From: Anaerolineae bacterium
GTDB lineage: Bacteria; Chloroflexota; Anaerolineae; Anaerolineales; UBA4823
Direction: 5' to 3'
Assembly (NCBI GenBank): GCA_037439525.1
Contig: JBBIVW010000008.1
Coordinates: 884-64,883 of the forward strand
DNA length: 64,000 nt
The position numbers and the translations under genes are program-made. Shown one piece after another: positions 56,870-64,000 of the stretch. A model generated the notes under the pieces. It saw nothing but the letters and a program-made list of their open reading frames with translations, was not told the origin of the DNA and did no database searches. Position 1 is the first letter of the stretch, and each line of letters starts with the position of its first letter.

Positions 56870-58612
56870 ATGCCGATTCGCATTTTGCCGCCGGAACTGG
56901 CCTCACAGATCGCTGCTGGTGAAGTAGTCGAACGTCCGGCTTCTGTGGTTAAAGAGCTTGTAGAAAATGCCCTGGATGCCGGAGCATCGTACATTCGCAT
57001 TCTGGTCCAGAAAGGCGGCCAGCGCCTGGTGGAGGTCAGCGATAATGGACAGGGCATCCCTGCGGCGGAGATACACCTGGCAGTAGAGCGGCATGCCACC
57101 AGCAAAATCGAACACGCCCAAGACCTGGAGAAAATCACCTCGCTGGGGTTCCGTGGCGAGGCACTCGCCGCGATCGCCTCTGTTTCACACCTGACCATCA
57201 TTTCGCGCTCCGCGGAGGAGGTCGTTGGCACACGCCTGCGCGTCGATGGGGGTAAGATCATCGAAAAAACCACCATCGGCGCTGCCCCAGGATGCATGGT
57301 ACGCGTCGAAGATTTATTCTATAACTTGCCCGCACGGCTGAAATTCCTGAAAAGTGAAAACACCGAAAGAAGGCAAATACGAACATTAGTGACGCGCTAT
57401 GCGCTGGCTTACCCCTTTGTGCGTTTTCACTTGACACAAGAAGGGGATGAGGCACTTCTAACCAGCGGTAATGGAGATCGGCGAGAAGTGCTGAGTCTGC
57501 TCTATGGCCGCGAGGTTGCCCGGCAAATGATTGAGGTTTTTTCTGAATTGGGAGAGATTTCCATTCAGGGATATGTCAGTCCGCCAGGGTTGACGCGCGC
57601 CAACCGGCGGGAGATGCATTTCTTTGTCAATCATCGCCCTGTGCAGGACGTATCCCTGGCAAGCGCGTTGCTCAAAGCTTATCACAGCCTGCTGATGAGT
57701 CAACGCTATCCGCTGGCGGCGCTCTTCGTGAACCTGCCGGCAGAAGCAGTGGACGTCAACGTACATCCCACCAAGGCAGAGGTGCGCTTCCGCCAACCAG
57801 ACCAGGTGTTCACCAGCCTGCAAAGCGCCGTGCGCCGCGCCTTGTTGGCGCATCGCGCACCTGAATCAATGAGTAATATCCCGCGCTGGATGCCTCAGGG
57901 AAGCTGGCAGGCACCTCTTCCTACCACACCAACTCATTCTGATCAGAGACCGGCCTGGGAAAGCCAGGTGAACACGGAACGTGAGCCTCACACACCCGAG
58001 AATGTCTCCCAGGTGGAGATGGCAGCACCTCGACTTCCCCTTCTACGAGCCGTCGGGCAGGTGGCTAACGCGTATCTGGTAGCGGAAGGTCCAGACGGGC
58101 TGTACCTTATCGACCAACATGCTGCCCATGAACGCGTGCTGTACGAACGCTGGCTATCTCAACAAAGCCAAGTGATCTCACAGAGTCTGTTACAACCCGC
58201 AAGTGTGGAATTACCTCCTGCAGACGCCGAGATTATCGAGGAGCAGTTGCCTCTCTTGAATAAACTAGGCTTCAGCATCGAAGCCTTTGGGCGGAACACA
58301 TTTCTGGTGCGCGCCATCCCGGCGCTTTTGGGAGACATCGACCCGCAAAGCGCTTTGCGCGCCCTGGTAGAAGATTTCGAGGAAGACGAGACTCCCTTGA
58401 AAGGCGCCCAAGAGGGGCGCCTGGTCGCTCGAATTTGTAAGCGCGCGGCGATCAAAGCCGGGCAGAGCCTGACCCCTGAAGAACAAGAAGCGCTGCTTAT
58501 GGATCTAGAACGCTGCGCTTCGCCGCGCACCTGCCCGCACGGTCGCCCAACGATGATCCACCTTTCGGTTGACCTGCTGGAACGCCAGTTCGGCAGGCGC
58601 GGGGCGCGCTGA
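56870..58612 (+). CDS. mutL: DNA mismatch repair protein MutL (endonuclease-type)
   Basis: IAAGEVVERPASVVKELVENALDAG, GFRGEAL, DQHAAHERVLYE (DQHAx2Ex4E nuclease motif) and CPHGRP. Confidence 0.95.
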   Translation: MPIRILPPELASQIAAGEVVERPASVVKELVENALDAGASYIRILVQKGGQRLVEVSDNGQGIPAAEIHLAVERHATSKIEHAQDLEKITSLGFRGEALAAIASVSHLTIISRSAEEVVGTRLRVDGGKIIEKTTIGAAPGCMVRVEDLFYNLPARLKFLKSENTERRQIRTLVTRYALAYPFVRFHLTQEGDEALLTSGNGDRREVLSLLYGREVARQMIEVFSELGEISIQGYVSPPGLTRANRREMHFFVNHRPVQDVSLASALLKAYHSLLMSQRYPLAALFVNLPAEAVDVNVHPTKAEVRFRQPDQVFTSLQSAVRRALLAHRAPESMSNIPRWMPQGSWQAPLPTTPTHSDQRPAWESQVNTEREPHTPENVSQVEMAAPRLPLLRAVGQVANAYLVAEGPDGLYLIDQHAAHERVLYERWLSQQSQVISQSLLQPASVELPPADAEIIEEQLPLLNKLGFSIEAFGRNTFLVRAIPALLGDIDPQSALRALVEDFEEDETPLKGAQEGRLVARICKRAAIKAGQSLTPEEQEALLMDLERCASPRTCPHGRPTMIHLSVDLLERQFGRRGAR

Positions 58613-58742
58613 CATCCAAACGACTCATTTGTGCAATTCTTCGGCGATAAAAATCACAAAATCAAATGTTTTGAATTTTTGGGGCACACGTATCGAGTGG
58701 TTTTAAGGAAAAGCATCTAAACCCAAGAAATCGTAAAAGATA

Positions 58743-58751
58743 TGGTATGAT
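58743..58751 (+). promoter_or_regulatory. candidate extended -10 (TGgTATGAT)
   Basis: tggtatgat lies 38 nt upstream of GTG 58789, which has SD gggaggg. Confidence 0.35.
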
Positions 58752-58788
58752 CACTTTGTTGAGAGTTGGCGCACATGGGAGGGCAGCA

Positions 58789-60437
58789 GTGCTTAAAACT
58801 AACAGGTTATGCCTTTTCATTCTGACAGCATTGATAGTGGCAGCTATATGTACCGGCTCTAACGGGGGGGAGATTTAAACACTTTAGCCTCCTCTCTGGA
58901 CAGTCTAGTTGCTAGCGAGGTGGTCTTCACCATTCCGCTTGGAGACCAGGGTATCCATTATGAAGGGCAAGACAACCCTGAGATGTTGACGTGGGGACCA
59001 CCCGCTTTCACCATCGCGCCGGATAGGACTTTCTGGATTGCAGATACAGCGGATGACCATATCCTTCAATTCGACAATAAGGGAGCCTTGCTTGGCAAGA
59101 TCGACACCAGCGAGTTTATGGTTGGCGCGGGTGATATTGCCCTCACCTCCAGGGAAATATGGCTCCTGGATATGGCTTCAATTCCACCGAAACTGGCTCG
59201 CCTATCCCTGGATAGAAAAATCCTAAACACCTACGATTTGCCCACGGGTTTGCACCTGGAAGACGGGTTGAGCGACATTGCCCTGGGAGGAGATGGCAGC
59301 CTGCTCATCGAACGCATGGGAGGTCATGCCCTCACGCAATTCATTTCTCCAAACGGAGAAGTGGAACAAAAACCCCTTGAAGGTTACGAATTCTATGGCA
59401 GGGTGTATGCCGCCCATCCCGCCAGCCTGAGCCAGAAAGAAGCCTCACGCGGAACCATTCAGGCGGGAGAGATACGCATTGACGTAGAAGTGACCAACGC
59501 TTTGGGAGGTCTGCGCATCCTGCATGTCTTCCCGGATGGCAGTTTCCTGGTGGAAGTCGTAGAATTGGTTTTGGACACGGCTTTTCGGGTGGATCAGAAA
59601 GTCTTTCACTATGACTCCGCTGGCAACCTGCTGGGTATGGCGCGTATCCCACTGGCGTCACAATACGTGCCTGTCGCGCATAGCATTGCGGTTAGTCCGG
59701 AGGGCGAAGTATACACGCTGATCACCCGTCCAGACGGCGGCGAAATCCAGAGGTTGGTCTTTTACCCTGATCTTCCACCCATCTTATCTCCACCTGATGG
59801 TGTAGAACAGCCGGAACAATCCCCGACGTTGCCCCTCTCACCGCAAACATGCCGCTCGCGCGAAGCCATCATCGCTGTGGCGTCGGAATACCTGAACAAT
59901 TCAACTTACCTGGATGCCTATCATATCAGTGACAATGCGGCGTGTTCAGGGCGCGTGAAACCGCGCTATTTGGGCAGCCCAGGCGTCTATAACTGCGTAC
60001 CATACGCCTGGAATCTTTGGGAGACGGTGGAGCAATTCAATGGCTTCATGAGCGGGGGCTACAACGGCTATTTCGCTGGCAATATCAGTGAGACCTACCT
60101 GAGCTGCGCGCGCGGCATCGATTGCTCAGGTCTGGTCAGCAGAGCCTGGGGTTTGAGCAGCCACTATGGAACCTGCTCACTGGAAACCATCTCTTCCGAG
60201 CTTCCTAATAGATACATGTTGCAGCCTGGGGATATTATGAATCGGTACGATTGGCCCGACCGACATGCAATAATCTTTCACAACTTCTCAGGTGATGGAA
60301 TGTTCGGCTATGAAGCTACAACTTACTTAATTACGACAGAGTTGTGCGGATTTATCGCTCATTTGCAAGTATTGAATCAATCTATATTCGTCGAAGATAC
60401 AATGAAGTGTGTAGAAAAATCCATCTGCCTCTCATAA
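58789..60437 (+). pseudogene. secreted beta-propeller-like + NlpC/P60-like protein, split between signal peptide and body at a G7 tract (phase-variable, PRF or sequencing error)
   Basis: SD plus GTG 58789 encodes VLKTNRLCLFILTALIVAAICTGSNGG and then stops at 58876-78. The body (ORF 58920..60437) is open from 58863 in the -1 frame. C-terminal GIDCSGLVSRAWGL and PGDIM...HAIIF resemble NlpC/P60. Confidence 0.6.
58864..58870 (+). repeat. G7 homopolymer at the frame junction
   Basis: aacGGGGGGGagattt. One extra G (or two fewer) fuses the two frames. Confidence 0.95.
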
Positions 60438-60621
60438 TAAAATCTGATATAGAGATATGGTCTGCCTATCCATAATCGAACCCTTACCCGCCCCCGGATG
60501 ATAATACATTGACGAGTTCTCAATCACTACCATACCCTTATCCATATCCATAGGCAGCAGAGCCATATTTTTCTTGTACAGTCAGTGCCTTTCGGACAAC
60601 AAGATATTTTTGACAGGTAAA

Positions 60622-61780
60622 ATGATGATAAAAACTATTCGTTACTTGACACTCATAATTCTACTTCTCTCCTCTTGTCGAATAAAGGATGATGCTTTCT
60701 TCCAATCGTCAAAGTCGTCTCAAGGATTATCATCTACTCCGACACATGCGATTATCCCTGCAACTCTTACAACTTTATCTTCGAGTCAAACAATGTCCTC
60801 TACAGCTATTCCATCTCCTACATTCACTCTAACAGAGACGCCATCTATCACGAGCCAACTATTCATTCACGAACAACCTGGAGGCATTTACGAAACAATA
60901 TTTAGCTTTCCGGTAGGAGAGAATAGCATCATAGAATATGCTAGATATCCTGGCACAATCGATGGACCTAATGCAATTGCTGTGCTGCCCGATGGCAGTT
61001 TTTTTAATAGCAGATCTTGCCGCCTGGCGACTCCTACAATTCAACCGTGCAGGTCGCTTATTGATCCTCGTCGAACTGGGAGCAATGGGGATAAAAACAG
61101 TTTCAGATATACGTGTAAAAAGAAATTATGTGTTTTTACTTCAAATTTTCTACGAAAATTATGCGGTCCATCAAATGACCCTGGATTACAAGCTCATTGC
61201 CAGCCATAAAATTCCACACCGCTTTCCAATTGGTGAAGAGGGTCTTACTATCGAAAACGGCATTAGTGGAATCGCCATCGACTGCGAATGACGGATTATC
61301 CTGGAAGTAGAGGGCGGCTCGAAGTTGTTCCCGCTGTCGGAGGTTCAACGACTAACCGATCCTGACCTGATTACCCAGGGCTGGCTGTGTCTTGACAAAC
61401 GCTACTTCGTAAGCACGCCAGGTCTGTGGAAGCATCCCCAGGTCACTGTGGGTGAAGCAATCTACCAAACCCGATTATCTGAGGGTCTTGGCGGTCTCAG
61501 GTTTCTGGAGGTGCTTCCGGATGGGAGTTTTTATTTGTTGAGAAGCGATGTAATGCCAATTACACCTATAAAAGTTGATCAGACTATCCATTACGTCGAT
61601 CGAAATGGTGTTGTCCAGGGTATGGCACGCATTCCATCATCCGAATTCTTTTACCCACCCAATCGTAATGCAGCCATCGGGCCAGATGGAGAGGTCTATG
61701 TCCTGCTGCCCAGGCGCGATTCAATCGACATCGTGCGTTTGATTTTTTATAAAGAATTAGAAGCGCTCATCCCTGGCGCG
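60622..61780 (+). pseudogene. divergent paralog of 58789..60437, degraded (T7 frameshift, in-frame TGA, C-terminal domain missing)
   Basis: Lipoprotein signal MMIKTIRYLTLIILLLSSC. Homology to paralog 1 continues across three ORF-track pieces (60574.., 60938.., 61325..). The 3' end is approximate. Confidence 0.6.
60999..61005 (+). repeat. T7 homopolymer at the frameshift site of the paralog
   Basis: ggcagTTTTTTTaatag. T6 would read ...LPDGSFLIADLAAWRLLQF..., matching ...APDRTFWIADTADDHILQF... in paralog 1. Confidence 0.9.
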
Positions 61781-61837
61781 GTAATCCCACACATTGAGCG
61801 CCAGAATCCACAATACCGCGAGATGAACCCGAGGATT

Positions 61838-62620
61838 TCAATCTCTTTGGTTGAGCACCGCCTCTACAATTCGAGGGATGATCTCCTCCACAGCAGCATG
61901 AAAGACGAGGTCAGCGCGCACGTCGATGTAGGTCGGCGTGTGGTTGATGAGGATGAGGTGCGCCCCGTTCTCGATGGCGCGCATCGGCAGGCCTGCCACC
62001 GGCAAGACCTCCAACGATGATCCTGCTACCAGCATTAAATCGCATTCCTTGCTGGCTTTTTGTGCCATAAGCCAGGTGCGCACCGGCAATTGCTCGCCGA
62101 ACAAAACCAAATCGGGTTTTAGGATGCCACTACACTCAGGGCAATGAGGCATCTCTCCCTGTTCCAGAAATGAGGGCATAAAAGGTTTCGATTCATATTG
62201 GGCATAACAGCGAATGCAGGTCATCGTCTCCCAGGTGCCATGCACCTCCAGGACGTTATTAGAGCCGGCTTTTTGGTGTAAGGTATCGATGTTCTGTGTG
62301 ATCAGCGTTTGAAAGTATCCAGCCTGCTGCAGGCGCGCCAGCCCAATATGCGCCGCGTTAGGCTGAGCAGCGAATATGGTATGCGCCATGGGTTGAATCC
62401 AGCGAAAGAATCTCTCCGGCGCATAGCGAAAAGCAGAAAGCGAAGCAACCTCAAAAGGATCCACTTTCGTCCACAACCCACCTTCCGAGGAACGAAAGTC
62501 CGGGATGCCGGAAGCCGTGGAAATGCCTGCGCCGGTCAATACCACGCCCTTGTGGCTGCTGCGTATCAAGTCTGCGGCGCATTGGATGTCGGTGATCAAC
62601 GCTTGAGATCGTTCAACCAT
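61838..62620 (-). CDS. cobB: NAD-dependent protein deacylase (Sir2/CobB)
   Basis: GAGISTASGIPDFRS, TQNIDTLH, Zn ribbon CIRC...CPEC, and VAGSSLEV. Confidence 0.9.
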   Translation of the reverse strand: MVERSQALITDIQCAADLIRSSHKGVVLTGAGISTASGIPDFRSSEGGLWTKVDPFEVASLSAFRYAPERFFRWIQPMAHTIFAAQPNAAHIGLARLQQAGYFQTLITQNIDTLHQKAGSNNVLEVHGTWETMTCIRCYAQYESKPFMPSFLEQGEMPHCPECSGILKPDLVLFGEQLPVRTWLMAQKASKECDLMLVAGSSLEVLPVAGLPMRAIENGAHLILINHTPTYIDVRADLVFHAAVEEIIPRIVEAVLNQRD

Positions 62621-62817
62621 ATTTCCTCACAAATAAGAACGCTTAGACTAACAGCAGATATCCTCCGCCAGATGATGCCTCTAATCTCGACGAGCTGGGA
62701 TGCATCCACATGGCGATCAGAGCATCCTAAACATCCAAAACGAGATATTCCCTCTGCAGACGAGACCTGGCTTTTCCGACAGATGGGAAGCGGTTGTGTT
62801 CAATTATAATCTCTTTA

Positions 62818-64000
62818 ATGCTACCCATGTTATCTGCGGTCTTTAGAGATGTGTGCCTGTTGGACTGTACCCGACCTGTTTTGGTTGGCGTTTCCGGTGG
62901 AGCAGACAGCGTTTTCCTGCTGGAGGCGTTTATTCACGCCGGGTACCCTGTCATCGTCGCCCACTTAGATCACGGGCTGCGCCCAGAAGCCCCGCTAGAA
63001 GCCAGGTTTGTCCAACAGTTGGCAGAAACGCATCATCTAACCTTTGTCACGCGGCGCGTTGACACCGGTACGTACGCCGAAGAACATGCGCTTACCACCG
63101 AGGAGGCAGCGCGTCTATTGCGTTACCGCTTTCTGTTCCAACAGGCGACACTACACAAAGCTCAAGCCGTAGCGGTGGGCCATACTGCCGACGATCAGGT
63201 GGAGACGATCTTATTGCATCTCGTACGCGGCAGCGGGTTGTCCGGTTTGCGCGGCATGGCCTATCGCAGCTTACCCAATGCCTGGAGTGAAGATATCCCT
63301 CTAGTGCGCCCCTTATTAGGGTTGTGGAGAGAGCAGATCCTCGCCGAACTGCAAAGGGAGCAGATCGCTTTCGTGCAAGATGCGAGCAACCTGGATGTGC
63401 AGTACTTCCGCAACCGTATTCGCCAGGAGTTGATTCCCCTGCTGCGCACCTATAATCCGGCGATCAAAAAGCTGCTCTGGCAAATGGCGGAGGTGCTGCA
63501 GGAGGACTATGCCCTTCTGGAAGCCATGACTGAAGCTGCATGGAAAGACTGCTTGGAAATCGAAGGAGAGGGATACCTTTGCTTGTCAAAGGCGAGTTTT
63601 CGATCTCAGCCGTTGAGCCTACAACGCAGACTCATCCGTCGGGCAGTACACCGATTACAAAACCGTGTGCAGGATATGGATTACGCCATGACCGCGCGCG
63701 CTTTGCGCCTGATTGCAGAGGGAAAAAGTGGCAAAAGAGTAGACCTTACTGCTTGCACTACCCTGGAACTCGAAGGAAAATACATCTGGGTCAAAACCTG
63801 GAAAGCCAACCTGCCTGATCAAGAGTATCCCCAACTCGAAAGCCATACGCTCCGTCAACTGTCAGTGCCGGGAGAGCTGACATTGGGTAGAGGCTGGCAT
63901 CTCTCTGCGCAGGTTTTGGCAAGCGCCGAGGTATTCCAACAGGCCTTTACCAACTCAAACCCCTTTCAGGCTTTCCTCAATTTGGACGCGGTGCAAACGC
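62818..64000 (+). CDS. tilS: tRNA(Ile)-lysidine synthase TilS (3' end beyond the window)
   Basis: Not in the ORF track because there is no stop within the window. My translation from ATG 62818 is MLPMLSAVFRDVCLLDCTRPVLVGVSGGADSVFLLEAF... (PP-loop SGGxDS), then GHTADDQVETILLHLVRGSG and YFRNRIR. Confidence 0.85.
   Translation, partial: MLPMLSAVFRDVCLLDCTRPVLVGVSGGADSVFLLEAFIHAGYPVIVAHLDHGLRPEAPLEARFVQQLAETHHLTFVTRRVDTGTYAEEHALTTEEAARLLRYRFLFQQATLHKAQAVAVGHTADDQVETILLHLVRGSGLSGLRGMAYRSLPNAWSEDIPLVRPLLGLWREQILAELQREQIAFVQDASNLDVQYFRNRIRQELIPLLRTYNPAIKKLLWQMAEVLQEDYALLEAMTEAAWKDCLEIEGEGYLCLSKASFRSQPLSLQRRLIRRAVHRLQNRVQDMDYAMTARALRLIAEGKSGKRVDLTACTTLELEGKYIWVKTWKANLPDQEYPQLESHTLRQLSVPGELTLGRGWHLSAQVLASAEVFQQAFTNSNPFQAFLNLDAVQT

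Noticed and set aside
61289-61291. The in-frame TGA in the lipoprotein paralog might be a selenocysteine codon, given the selenium-related genes in the window.
   Set aside because: It aligns with a Gly (GGA-type) codon in paralog 1, not with Cys. The same gene also has a frameshift and a truncation. I saw no SECIS-like hairpin immediately downstream.
61838-62620. The Sir2-domain protein might be a defence (Thoeris/DSR-like) effector.
   Set aside because: It is a 260-aa canonical CobB-type sirtuin with a GAGIS...DFRS NAD pocket and a CxxC...CxxC zinc ribbon. It has no fused sensor domain and no ThsB/TIR-like neighbour. Housekeeping mutL and tilS lie nearby.

Overview
The window reads like a chromosomal segment of a Chloroflexota, probably Anaerolineae-like, bacterium. 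That guess rests on gene content and style only: many secreted proteins with Pro/Thr-rich linkers, a PPi-PFK, an Flp pilin and a split acyl-CoA mutase. GC is roughly mid-50s % by eye, with AT-richer patches near 1-2.1 kb, 8-9.4 kb, 36.5-37.1 kb and 60.4-61.8 kb. I support about 60 protein genes. I recognised no rRNA, tRNA, CRISPR array, transposase or integrase.

Main blocks:
- 0-2 kb: a small accessory islet with a zinc-ribbon protein, DUF488 and a DUF433/DUF5615 toxin-antitoxin pair whose toxin is frameshifted.
- 5.3-10.3 kb: a membrane receptor that looks like a pseudokinase fused to a cysteine-less FGE domain, plus secreted beta-propeller and SpoIID-like proteins.
- 12.7-19.2 kb: eukaryote-like enzymes, namely trypsin, aromatic amino-acid decarboxylase, and a sphingosine-1-phosphate-lyase-like enzyme in an operon with an FGGY kinase.
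- 19.4-22.3 kb: an ICM-type acyl-CoA mutase large subunit followed by a PPi-PFK.
- 26.4-36.2 kb: a TetR-controlled beta-oxidation cluster.
- 44.7-49.9 kb: an operon encoding a lone molybdenum hydroxylase large subunit with YqeB, YqeC-MocA and MocA maturation genes. These are the markers of selenium-dependent molybdenum hydroxylases, and this is my best candidate for something new.
- 56.9-64 kb: mutL, cobB, tilS and two divergent lipoprotein paralogs interrupted at homopolymer tracts.

All family calls come from motif recognition by eye. No database search was run. Start codons were chosen from ATG/GTG plus SD context and are approximate.
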